Shown: in pieces, positions 33,667-46,376 of the stretch | Layout: each line of letters opens with the position of its first letter | Position numbering within the stretch: position 1 is the first letter of the stretch | Assembly: GCF_025526975.1 (NCBI RefSeq) | Contig: NW_026515689.1 | Location: 1 to 64,000 of the forward strand | Origin: Fimicolochytrium jonesii | Taxonomy: Eukaryota | DNA length: 64,000 nucleotides | Direction: 5' to 3' | The notes under the pieces: generated by a model | The model's database searches: none | Seen by the model: the letters and a program-made list of their open reading frames with translations, nothing else | What the model was told of the DNA's origin: nothing | Position numbers and translations under genes: made by a program

Positions 33667-34602
33667 TCGATGGAGTTGGAATCGACCGACGCTTTGATTC
33701 TTTAACAAGGCTTCGCAACTTTTGCCCTTTCGACCGCTCCGCGTCCATCCCTTCTCTTCGCTTTAAAAATACGGGACGCTATGACCCTTACCCTGCTTCA
33801 ACAACGCATCGCAAAACCCCCTGCATCCCACATTCGTACTCATTCCCGATCCCACACTAGATAACTCCTCTCTTACCCTCCTCCCTCTTAGTCTACTCTT
33901 TTGGTCTCCGACACGCTTTGATTCATGGTTCCGTGCTTGATTCCTCTCATTATCATCATGTTATATTATTCTTCGTGTGGGGCACGTACTGTACTCTTCT
34001 TTAATTACGATTGGATTGGGTTTCTACTCTTGAAGTTGGGGGGTGATGGTTTGGCCGGGGGGGTCCTTCCGAGGACGATCCGGACATGAAGTGCGTTCAA
34101 AAGTCCAGACGTGCAACGAGCTCCACGGAAGCCCAACGGGATCAGGACAGGACATTGCACGCCTCCGTATAACCTAGCCCACGGAGCAAACATAGTTCGC
34201 ACCTCCACTTTCGGATCCCTTGGTCTCAGGGTGGTGCACCACGCAACGGGCGACTGACTCCGTTCAGAACAGCACTTGGACTGGGTTTCCCGATCCCCTT
34301 TGTCCGAACGTCCATCGCTGAACCTCGACCTTCTCGCTATCCGACAAACCGAACGGAGACATCGACACTATCCTGGGTACGCAGAACGCGACTAGACCTG
34401 GGGGTTTGACGGTGTTGGGAAAAAACGACTTGGGGGAAGTGATGCTAGCGAATGGATTCCGGGGGTACGTTGCATCTCGAGAGGGGTATGCCTCGTATCG
34501 TTTTCCTGGACGAGCTAGTTGGTCTTTTTATATTATCCAGCATCAACCCACTCACCCACTCACCCCTCCCACCCGAGTGCAGCCCCACCATCGCCCGCCG
34601 AA

Positions 34603-36347
34603 ATGGACCCTGCCTCCCCGCCACGCGCCAAAGCGACGCTAGGCAAGCAGAAACTCCCGATGCGGCTGATTGGGGACAAGACGCGGCGCGGGGTGACGTT
34701 TAGTAAGCGGAAAAATGGGTTGTTGAAGAAGGTAGGGGGCTGCGAGAGCGAGGGCGGGGGTGGTGTATGGAGGGATGGGTGAGAGGATTCATGGGTGAGG
34801 GGATTGAGCGCTGTGGTGCATGTTTTTCAATCATTTCTCGTTGCTCAAATACCCCCCCCAAAAAAAAATAACGCTAAAATCTCATATCCCGTCCCCCACA
34901 ACAGGCGTACGAACTGACCCGGCTAACAGGAACCCAAGCGCTGCTGCTGATCGCCTCCGAAACGGGGCAGGTCTACACCTTCGCCACGCCTCGGTTGCAG
35001 CCCGTGCTCAACTCGGACGCCACGCGGGAGCATATACAGAGGTGTTTGAATGATGGGGATGGGGATGATGATGGGGGTCGGGGCGACGGGAGGATTGGGA
35101 AGAGGGGGAGGGGGAGGGAGGTGGAGAGCAAGGCGGGCAAGGGGGGCAAGGGGAAAGGGAGGGTGGTGAGCATACATGACAATGCGTTGTTTGAGTTGAG
35201 TACGAGGAGGGTGGAGAGTGGGGATGAGGAGCTGGGTGGTGATGAGGGTGGTGCGGCTGGTGACGGCGGTGCTGGTGGTGACGTCGAGAATACAAACGAT
35301 GAGATGGAAGACGATACCGCGAATGGCAACGACGAGATGGAAGACGATTCCCCAAACGAAGACACCGAGGAGATCGAATATAAGCAAGAACAAGACGAAG
35401 AAGATGATGACCCAATATATGACGAAACGACCGAGCAGGTAGGCGACGACGACGACCCGCAACCAGACCACTCCTCCAACGCCGAAAACGACAACGAAAA
35501 CAATGACAACAATGATGACGAGTACCCCCGCGACCCAACCCCCGTCATATCCGACGACCACGGAGCCGGGGATCTCAAACCCGACCCGCTCGCCTTGCCC
35601 ACGATCACGGAGACGATATTGGGTGACGATGACGACGATGGCCGAGGGGGTGCCGGGTTCGCCGAGGCGTGTGAGGCGAGTCTGTCGCCCGCGGCTGGGG
35701 TCAAGGTCAAGGCGGCGGAGCGGGCGGGCATACCAGCCCACGCGGCGGCTGCCGTACGCCCGCCAGCTGGTCTGGCGCAGTTTGGTGGATACCCGCCGCC
35801 CGCGTTTGGGCCGTATCCGTTCGCGCAGATGCAACAGCCTTTCAACCCACAACACTTCACAGCCGCCGCACATCCACCACCACCACCGCCCCACCCCTTC
35901 ATACCCGCCTCCCAACTGCCCTGGACCCACCCACCACCACCACCCTTCCCCCCTCCTCCCCACCCATTCCCCCACCCGTTCTACCCCCCCTTCCTCCCTC
36001 CCGCTCAACAACCGCCAACAACAACAACAACCCCACCCCTGCAATGGAAATACCAACACTACGCGAACCAGTTGGGCGTCATTGGACCCTACCGCCCCCG
36101 ACAGCATGTGCTGGGACCGGAGAAGGCCCGGCCAAAGCAGAGGGTTTTGAAGCCGAAAGTGGGGATGGACGTTGAGCGGATGGTGGGGATGGGGGTTGCG
36201 GCGTTGAGGCCTGAGGGGGCGGGTGGGAGTGGGCAAAGGGAAGGTGGGCAGAGGGGGAGGAAGAGGAGGCGGGTTGAGGATGGCGAGGATGGGGATGGTG
36301 AGGAGGTGGTGGTGGTGGTGAAGAGTGAGCCGCCGGAGGATGGGTGA
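34603..36347 (+). CDS. SRF/Mcm1-type MADS-box transcription factor
   Basis: Exons 34603-34731, 34905-36347; GKQKLPMRLIGDKTRRGVTFSKRKNGLLKK|AYELTRLTGTQALLLIASETGQVYTFAT; acidic and Pro-rich tail. Confidence 0.9.
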
Positions 36348-36680
36348 TAGTCGTGTGGACTTGAAGAGTTTTTGGGCAAAACAGTCTTTTTTCCCTTTTT
36401 GCGCCCCTGGAGTTTGAAGAAGGGCGAGCAGATACCTCCCTCACCGGCGTAAACAGGCATTTTACGTATGTAGGGATGAGCGAATTCATATATTCGAAGC
36501 AAACAATAAGGGATGGAGAGAGTAATGACAAGAGGCAGAGTTCTCTATGTGACAAAAAGGGGCAGGGGAGCAAAAATTCCGTGTTGTGTGTACGAAGGCA
36601 GTGGGACAGACGAGGATATGTTTACAGGCGGCAGGTTTGCCCCGTTTTTTGAGCTTCTAACGCATTCCCCCTTGAGTGAC

Positions 36681-38319
36681 CTAGTTGGGCAAAGCCGCCA
36701 AGAAGGCATTCTCATGGAATACCCGTCCCTTCAACGTCAGCTTCTCCTCTCCTATTGTCACATTCGCCGTCGCCTCCTCAAACCACTGGTACACAAACGG
36801 CGCAGTCAAGAACGTCTGAATAAACTTCCTTATGAGGTACGGCAGTTCGCCCAGGAGGTCGATTTTATCCAACAGTCTGTTCAGGGGCACCTTCATATCG
36901 ATGTGGATCGCGCGGCCGTCCTTGGCGAGACCGGACCATTTGTATTCGGCGGCGGAGGGGATTTCGTAGCCGGAGAAGGGGTCGTGGGAGGTGTTTAGGA
37001 TCTTTGTGAAGTTGTCGAGGGTGACGGCGATTGTTTTGTTGTTGAGCACGATGTAGCCTTCGGAGCGGACGCGGAAGTCGTAGTCGTAGCCGTCGGGCAT
37101 TTCGAACTGAGAAATCAGAGTGAGAGGTTAGGAATCACTTTCGTATAATGTTTGTGAGCAACGTGGATGACATACCTGGTACATGAGCAAGGCGTCCTTC
37201 TCATTTTGGAAGTCAACGAAACTCCACCGCGCGACACACTGCGGCACCTTCTGGATCGCCTTGACAAACAATCCCGATCCAGAAATGTCATGCAGCTTTC
37301 CATCAGTAGTGATGTGTCCCGTCACCTTCGCCTTGGGAATGAACTGGGCCTGCACGTAACCCGCGGCAGGGTCAGCCGCCTTGAAAGGGTGCTTCCCACC
37401 GTTGACCTGGCTAAATCCATCGACGGCGACAAACTCAAAGTCGGCCATGAAAGCGGGCGCGGCGTGCAGGGAGACCTTGTATGCCTTTCTCTCGGCGTCG
37501 AAGGTGACTTTGATGTTCTCGCATTGCACGGAGAGTTTGTCGTCGGTGGGTTTGAAGGAGCCGCCGGAGAGGGTGGCTGTGTGGCGCTTCTTGAAGCCGT
37601 CGGCGCCGTGGTAGGCTGCTGATACTTGGACTGAGGGACTCCAACTCATCGTTGAGTATGCGATCTGGGATTTAAGAAGGAACCTTGTGAGTTCTTCGAG
37701 AGCACTTCTCGGGAACAGAGCGAGTCAAAGAAAGCGACAATGGCAAGCGATGGAAGTTGCTGATAGTCTTTGCCTCTGTGAACCTCTTGTCGCTCGCCTG
37801 AGCTAGACTCGGAGGACATGCGTTCGCGTACAGTTTCGTACAGTTTCACGCTCCCCATGCCACTTTCCCACGCTCGCCATCCCATTTTCCCACGCTCAGA
37901 GTGCACTCTCGTGGCGCCATGCATTTTGCCCAATCCACCCCGTTTCCCTCAAAATAGCCACCGTCTCTCTCCAGTCCGTCCAGTCGCTTCCGCTCGGCAC
38001 AGTCCTCGCAATTTCTCTCCACGATTCTTTGCACCCATTCCGTCCCAAAATCTTCACCCCGAACGCACCTGAACGATCGCAAAAGCACCGTCGTCGGCAT
38101 GAATATAGAAGGTGTTTGCCTCAGTGGCGTAGCTCGGGTCCTGGACCCACTCCAAGTCGCCGAGCGAGACGTCGGAGGTTGCGACAACGTTTGTAGCTGG
38201 GAATAAGAGGGGAAAGGGTGAGTGTCAGAGCGGGACGAACTTGACACGACATCATGCCCAGAAACGGGGGACAGTGCGAGTTGGGCAAGGTATTTGCGAG
38301 AAGGGTGAGACCTACACAT
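36681..38319 (-). CDS. SVF1: Svf1-family protein (multi-exon)
   Basis: DLEWVQDPSYATEANTFY...Q|IAYS, ARWSFVDFQ, GYEIPS, LLDKIDLLGELPYLIRKFIQTFLTAPFVYQW, G.VFHE. Confidence 0.85.
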
Positions 38320-39747
38320 TGCGGATGACTTGCTTCCGCTTTGGTTTTGGGTGGGGTTGGATTGAGTTTGCTTGTCTGGGCTTGGTTGATATGCAAGTTG
38401 TTGAAGGCGGCCACGTCAACGGCCTGTTTCTCGAGACCAGCCCGAGACGACGCTTTCCGGTTAGGCCGGCCCTTTCTGCGCGTTGAGGAGGCATGTGCGC
38501 ATCACTGAATTTATGAAGCACGGGCGCTCGCCGTTACGATCGTTATTTCCCAGGTTAATCCCCCCACAGTGTTCGCGAGAGGAAAAACAATGTCGAAAAA
38601 CATCTGAGCTGAGCACGTGGGGATTCTCTACAGTCACATGACTTGTTCGGGAAGAACGGGAGAACACACCCTGTGAGCCGTCAATGGAAGATGAGGCCAC
38701 CCTGTCAAAAGCAATGGCCCCCTGACGCCTCCTCCCCAACCTAGTCTGGCATCCATCAACCAACTCACTCATCATTCTTGCGCCCAAACCGTCCGTCTCC
38801 TGGGCCGTTGCTTCGCCCTCCCCGCCCTCCTTGCTTTCAGGGTTCTCCGCGGCGATGCAGCAAGGTAAGCAAGCGTTCAAACCTCCAGTAGTATTCAGAT
38901 GAGCTCGCGTAGGTAGATCTTGCAGATACGGCCGATAAATCCATCTCACACGAGTCCGACAACGATATCTGTTCTAACGCGGCTGAATGCATTATTGATG
39001 TGGGCGTATGTAAAAGATCTCGGCCTCCATATCCTGGGATTGCTGCTGCCCAGGGAAATCTTACTGAGGATAGCGTTAATTGTAACCGAGATTACGATAC
39101 GAGGCGAGCTTCTCCCAATGCCCATCCCAGAGTGACCAGCTCACAAGACCCGTCAGTGGGATACCTCGCTTCCAATGAGCGTTTTTGGGGTCCGAACTTG
39201 GAGCCACACGCCGCAGAGAATCGATTGCAGATCCAGAAATGCACACAGCTCAGGTCATCTCCCGCTTCCAAAGATCGGATTATGGCTGCGCTCCCTCGCA
39301 CCACCGCGGACGAATGAATGATGCGCGGACGGACGTGATGGATATCCACTTGTGTTCCACGTAACCACTTTCCCAAAAAAAAGACGAGTATTGTGCCATG
39401 ATGGGGGGCGAGAAAAAAAAAGAAACACTGCTGTGACATACCCTTGGGATCGGTCGCTGCTACGTAGTAAACAGACTCTCGCTCTGTATGTGCGGGCTTG
39501 CATATAAGGAGTGCTGTCTAGACTCGGCCTTCACACTGTGTCGTAAGAGATCTTCCTGCCCTCGCATTTCAAGCATTCCATACGCTTCTTGAACGTGCCA
39601 ATTCAACCAAGAGCACACCTCGAACCCCACGTACTGTACATACATACCTTTTCATACGTATCTAGCAACCCGTTCCGTCCTGTCTAGCCAGACCACAAGC
39701 GTCAGCTCCAAGACCACACCACTCGTTACCACCCCCTCAGTACCGTC

Positions 39748-40643
39748 ATGCCATCCCACGGGCACACAAAAGTCCTCGCTCCCCTGCACACCGCCCTCCC
39801 CTCCAACCTCAACACCAACACCCTCTTCGACGCCTCCATCGACGAATCCCGCTCCCTCGCCGCCGACTGTCTCGCCCCCGCGCGTCGCCACTCCTCCGTG
39901 GCCGCACGCCGCGTCAACCACATCGGGCGTGCGTTCCGTTTCGGCAACAGCAAGAAAGGCGCCGCGAACACCGTGAAGCAACGGACGGTCGTGGACATCG
40001 CCGCGGACATCTACCGCCAAACCAACGACCTCGCCGCTTCCTACGACTCGTTCACCGTCAACGACGAGATCGTCCAGGCCGCTGTTCGTGAGGTAAAACA
40101 CACCCCCTCCCCACTACATCACCCTCCCCACTACATAAACTCACACGCACCCCGCCCCTTTTCATCATTCAGACCCGCCTAACCCCCCGCCGCCCGGCCA
40201 CCCTCCCCACCCCACACCCAACCCCCCTGCACGTGATGCACGACCTGCACCGCATCCTGCACTCGGGCCACGCCGCGGACGAGCTGGTCGAGCTCCTCCT
40301 GCGCGAGGCCCGCCGGCGGCAGTGGGAGAACGCCGCGAAGGGGAACTTCGGGTCGCTCTCCTTCTGCCTAAATCAGAATCAAAATCAGAACCAGAATCAG
40401 AATCGAGCCCCACCCACCACCACGCATGCCTCAAACGCGGCTAAATTCTCCGACGCGACGACGGCGACGCAGACGCTCATGCGCGAGATGTATGACCGGA
40501 TCACGCCGGCGGGGGCTGCGGATGCCGAGGGGATGCTGGATGTGTTGTTGAGGGAGGCTAAGGCGGCTGCGGCGGCTGAGACGGGGCCGTCGGCGGAGGA
40601 TAGTGCGAAGGGGAAGAAGAGGGGTGTTGGGGCCAAATTGTGA
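39748..40643 (+). CDS. Hypothetical protein (2 exons)
   Basis: Exons 39748-40092 and 40173-40643 join in frame across a GT-AG intron; no family recognised. Confidence 0.65.
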
Positions 40644-41367
40644 AGTGGGGGTTTGAAGTGTGAGTTGCGGGATGGGTGCAGTACATTTATCGCAGTCTGG
40701 CTGGCGCGGGTGTGAGTAAGGGAGGCTGTGCTTTGCATGGGGTTGGGAGAGAGAGTCCGATATGATCTGCACGTATTCGTTTTGTTCATGACATGTCAAG
40801 GTGGTTTTCTCCGTCCATGTGATTTTTTTTGGGGGGGGGGGGGGGGGGGGAGGGGAGAGGGGCGGGAGAGAGGGGCGGGAGAGAGGGGCGGGATACTTGC
40901 ATTTTCATGTTTTCATGTTCCAAATATACCAAAAAAAAAACGCAAAAGTCAAATTTCGTATATTTGCAGCCGAGCGATACGCACAACACGTTCGCACGAA
41001 CGAAACGTACATTTTACAAGATATACATAAATAGAGGGGACCTAAAGGCCCGGGCAGTGTTTTGAGGGATGCGCGGTGGGGATGTTGTGCGGAGTGTATA
41101 GTTGGGGGCGCGGGAAGAAGGGGAGGTGGCGGGGAACTGTTGTGTTGGGGAAATACGAGCTTGACGATTGCCGATACGTTGTCGTCACCGTAACCGCTTC
41201 CACAGCAAGACCCCTTCCCATACGCTCTACGTAAGGCCCGGCACAACGGTGCATGCGAGAGCAGTAGAGTTCATACGCACCACCCGCCATCCTTTCCTGC
41301 TCCCACAACCCTCCCCCCCCCCCCCCCCCCCCGCATCGCTCAACATCTCCCTTTCTCCCTCCACACC

Positions 41368-42894
41368 TCAATACCTGCTCGTCCTCCTTTCCCCACCCCC
41401 AGGCGACCGCGACCGTCTCCGTTCCCTATCCCTTCCATGCTCCCGGTCCCTCTCCCCACCCCCACCGCTCCCCGGCCGGTTATAATCCTCGCGTTGGTCG
41501 TATCGCCGTCCGCCACCCCGTCCATGATCCCCATACCCCCCGGGCCGGCGATCATACCCCCCATACCGTCCCTGCCCGCCCTGCGGGGGCCCGCCATACC
41601 CGCCCCTATCACCTCCGTACCCTCCACCGCCGCCGTATCCGCCCCTGGGGCCGCCACCGTACCCGCCGCGGCGCATGTCACCACCGCCTCCGTGGTGATC
41701 CCGGTTGTTGTAGTGCCCGCCGTCATGGGAGTTGTTGTTGTTGTTGTAGTTCCCCCCGTTGTTTTGATGAGAGAAGTGTCCGCCCCCGCCGCCGAACGCG
41801 CCGCCAGCGCTGAACCCGGATTTTTTCATTTCGTCGACTTGGTCGCGGATTTTGACAAAGCCCATGTGCATCTGTCATGGAGAGAGAGTGTGTGAGTATG
41901 GGAACAAAGGCAGCGGACTGAACAAGGAGGGGCGATGGAGTGATTTGGTTTACCTTCCCGCCAAAATGATCCGCCAGCCGCCTATCACTATCAAAGATGG
42001 ACAGATACGCAGAGCACACCTCGCACACTCGCAGTTTCTGCTGTTGCGAGTTTCCCTCGGCGCCCGTCAACTGTTTCAATTCCCTCTGCAAAATGACACA
42101 CCCGTCAATAACTCTTCCCCAACTTAAGAAGTCATTTTCTACCCCTTGGGGATGGAAAAAGCCCCTACCTCTTTGTCATCCTTCAGCTTTTGCAAATCCT
42201 CCACCTTGTTCATGAGCTCCATCGACTCGGTCACTTTTCCTTCCTCGCCCAACGTCTCCACCTGTCCCGTCAGCGTCGCGATCTCGTTCGTCAGGTCCCC
42301 GATCTCCCTGCTCTGTCGTTCATCAGAAAAACATCAAGTGCGTCAGTATGCATAAGAGAAGCAGACCATCCGGTGAAAGTCCCAAGTGGGGAGATACGCA
42401 CCAACTGCACCGCCCGCGCATCCTCCGGCGTCTTATCCAGCCGTCTCTGCGCAGCATCCACCTTCCGATCGCAATCCTTGACAAACTCCGAAAGCGAGCG
42501 GAACCATTCCTCCTGGAACCCCGGGTGTCCCGCCTCGCTGACGGCGCGCTTGTATTCTTCGAGGAGTTTGGGGGAGTGGGATTTGTTGCAGGGGCCGATG
42601 TCCATCTTCGTGTTGGTGAAGAGGTCGTGGGGGCCTGGCCGGGGGTGAAGGGAGGGTGGTTAGAGAATTTGTGGAAAGTGCATCCCACGGATCAGCAGGG
42701 GTGATCACGTCGCCATACACAGCAACTGAGACATAAAAACACCCTGATATCCCCTCCGTCATCAACTCACATAATCCACAAAGGTAATCCTTGCAGACCT
42801 GCGGATCTGTAAACTTCATATTGTCAGGCACGCCGCCGAGGGCCTCTTTGCCCATCAGCTCCTCAAGGAGCTTGCGTTGCAGGGCGGCTGACAT
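41368..42894 (-). CDS. LUC7: U1 snRNP-associated Luc7 (multi-exon)
   Basis: QRKLLEELMG, VCKDYLCGLC|PHDLFTNTKMDIGPC, QQKLRVCEVCSAYLSIFDSDRRLADHFGGK|MHMGF, RS/RG-rich tail. Confidence 0.95.
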
Positions 42895-43130
42895 TGTCGG
42901 CTATGTAAAGGCTTGCTTTTGTGTCGACAGGTGGATGGGTGAACGGTGGTGTGGAGTGGGTGTTGTGTTGTGGAGTGATCTTCAATATTCTCACTGAGTT
43001 GTGGTTGAGGTTGGGGGGGGGGGGGGGGGGGGGGGGGGAGATCTCCGTGGAAAGGAAAGCCAGGAGAATCGGACGAGGAAGCGCGTCGGACGTCTCTTTT
43101 CTCTTCCCCACAGCACATCGACACATTGGG

Positions 43131-43167
<37 letters not shown>
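43131..43167 (+). repeat. (GACA)n microsatellite
   Basis: agacagacag... about 9 units. Confidence 0.9.
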
Positions 43168-43354
43168 CAGAGACCGGGCTAGATTCCCACATCCCCCTAT
43201 GCCCATTGATTGATTAACTTACCCCCCCGAAAACCCCAACATGCCTATCTACATCCTACACCAAAGTCTACCTACTCCACTTCATCCCAACCAAAATGAA
43301 CAGCCTTCATCCTACGCCAATAACCGAGCTACGCTAACATGGCCGCACCGACGC

Positions 43355-45506
43355 TCAAATGACAAACAAAGGCGTCTCAGTCCGCGTAGACGGCAAGGCG
43401 TCCAGCAGCCCAACAACTTTCGCATGCGACGCGAGTGCGGGTGCGGGTGGCGGAGCTGTTGCGTTGATCTTTTTGCGTGTTTCTGATTCAAAAAGCTGTT
43501 TTTGCATGAATAACGAGCGTGAGTGAAAAAGTACAAGTGCGAAAGGAAACGAGTCCCCAGCAGATACTTGGACAACATACCGAAGTATAAGAATGATCCA
43601 AGAAATCCTCCATATCATACATATGCTGTTTAGCGATCGGCTGCTCAAACACGCGCACTAGGCCCGAGATTGTGTGCAGGTAGTGCGTTTTGAGGGTTTG
43701 CATTTCCCAGAGTGAGCTTTCGAGGGCGCGCGATTTTGCGGGGTCCGTTTCGGTGGGGAGGTAGGGATCTGCACAGCGAGGGGAGAGATGGGGAGTCAGC
43801 GGGAGACATTGAGGAGTGTGGAGGAAAGCAGGCGGCAAGTACCTGTCATCTCCGCAGCCCCCGGTTCCTGCTCCCTATGGATAATAACCAAACACGCCGG
43901 ATGCTTCTTCAACAGGTTGAACACAAACGGCACGACCGTAATAATCGCCGCCGGTGACGCATTCAGCGCCAAGCGCGTCAGTTTCTTGATGAACGCCGCA
44001 ATCAGGTACGACGGTAACTGACTACTCGACAGGAACAGATCCACCAGTCTCAAAAACCTCGAGCGGTACTTGACATGCAGCAGATTCTTATCAAACAGCG
44101 CATACAGCTTCGTGTAGAAATCCGGGTAGTCGAGGTTATGTTCCGTCACGAGCGTGAACAGGCCGTTCAGGGCCAACATGCTGACGGCGCCGCCTTGGTC
44201 GTACGAGTCGACGAGGAAATCGATCAGGAGGGTCGGGCGCAGCATGTAGGGGATGAGGCGTTTGTGCATGGAGAGGAGCACGCGTTTGTGCATGTCGGCG
44301 GACATGGGTTGGCGGAGGAAGGAGAGCCAGGTGTCGCTGAAGACTTTGCGGTGCTCTTTGACGGAGGATGGGGGGTAGGTTTTCTTCTTGGAGGGGGTTG
44401 AAGTGGGGGGGAGGTTGTAGTAGTAGGTGCCGAGTTGGGAGTCGTCTGTTGCGGGGTCGCGGATGGCGGAGAGGATGCGGTAGCCGACGTTGACCACTGA
44501 GGAGAGCTTATCTGCTGGAATCGAGTATTTGCGGCGCTAGAGGGAGCGAACAGCAGTGTTCAATCCCATTCCTTCGTTGAATTCGGACTTCAAGCAGCCT
44601 TACCTTGGTGACTGATTTCACCCCTGCTCCCGTGCTAACTCCGTCAGTCAGAGAAGCCAGATATTTCCTATAACCATCTCCAATCATCAGCAACTGCATC
44701 ATTCACACGCCTTCACGAGATAACGAAGAATCTACTCACCCAAAGTCCTTGTAGAAGTAATATCGCACATCATCATACTGATTCAAATCCTCCACAATCC
44801 TCTGCAACAACTGCTCGCTCATATTCCCATTCACAACCACATTCTCCACGACCGAGTTGAACGCCGCATTCTTGAATTCCTTGGACTGCACGGACATGTC
44901 CTTCACGACCTTCATCAGAGAGTCCATCGCCGCGACCTGCATCGCGGGCTCCGTGTGCGACAGGTACCGGTACGCCAGCTGGACGTACATCGTCCGGTTG
45001 TCACGCAGCCAGGTCGCTACTTTTGTTTTCACGTCCTCCTCTTTCTCCTCTTCGACCACATTCTTATTCCGTGCCAAGTCTCCTCGTTCTAAAAATCGAG
45101 AATAGACGTGTCGCATGGATGTGAACGCTGCGTAGGCGATTTCCTCGTTTTCGCTCTGTTTTTGGTTCAGTAGAGGGAGGACTTTCAGCGCTAAAGTCCA
45201 AGGCATGTCCGTGGCACAATACTGTCGTCAAGTTTGAACGTACCTCACATAGCTCCAGAAGCTGTGCTATATTGTTGAGCTTCCCCTTGCTCTCCAGGGC
45301 CTCCTTTGCAAGCTGGCGCACTTGTGCCGGTGTGATGCTCGGCCCCTCGTTCTTCGGAGGCACGTTGGGGTTCAAACGTTTGTTTAGCAAGTTCTCCACA
45401 GCTCCGCTCGTTGCAACTGGCGGAAAACGACTTTCTGTGAGACACATACCGGTTGGGTGGCCCCGCCTGCGGCTGCTGCTCTCTTCCTCTTTCCGGTGCC
45501 AGCCAT
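43355..45506 (-). CDS. NOC4: Nucleolar complex protein 4 (CBF/Mak21 family; multi-exon)
   Basis: YDDVRYYF, LALNGLFTL..HNLDYPDFYTKLYAL, KYRSRFLRL, HPAC, DPY...DP.KSRALESSLWE. Confidence 0.93.
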
Positions 45507-46376
45507 TTCTGTATAGCCGTTGTTTGTGGTCGGTCGGTGGGTTCGGGCAAGGACTGTGAGAAGACAGCCAACGCCAATTATCGGAGGACAACCCGAAATC
45601 GGCTCTTGCGCGCTTACGTGCAATTAAATAGGGGCCTAGTCACGTGATGCAAAGAATCGAAATGGTCCTAACGCGAACCATGTGCTTACGTGAAGGGCTG
45701 GAAGGACTGAATGGGCGCGCGCCCAACTTTTGAAAGCGGTGTTCCCATCCGACTTGCTCAACGTCAGAACTCCCTCCCTCTGCTCACCGCCATCCAGCCA
45801 GCCGCATAGTCTTCACATTTTCGATGTTGATGCCCACTTCCGGAAGATGTGTGTTCGGGTCGTATTCCAGTCGACGTCGATATTCAATGCTTTCGCGGAG
45901 CACCTGGACTTTGAGAAGATGGGGGGTTCGGATCAAGCTCGCCCTTCACATAAAACGAGGGCGGCCGTGACGGTCTGCCGACGACTCGCTAACCGTGCAG
46001 AGTAGCCATCTGCCGTCCGTCCAAAAAGAACGCGTACAATTGTCTTCGTCATCCGCAGCTTTGTGTGAGTCCAGCCGCCGCAGAGAGTCGGCGGTTGTTT
46101 TTAGGGGCGTAGGTCTATGCGGCAAACGAGAGGGCGTCGCGTACATAGGCAGAGGGTGTAACATGTAAGGGAGCCATTGCTTTGAGAGAAATTATGAGAT
46201 TATCTCTAAGAGATGCAGTTTATGTGTAAGAAAACCAATAATAAAAACGAGGATACGCTAGATCTCGATCTAGAGAAGGGATGAGAACATTGAAAAGAAC
46301 GCGCCACAAGCCATGCTGGGGAATGATGACGCAGGTGGTTGTCTCCAAAACAAGCCGCGGCAGCCTCCGTCACATC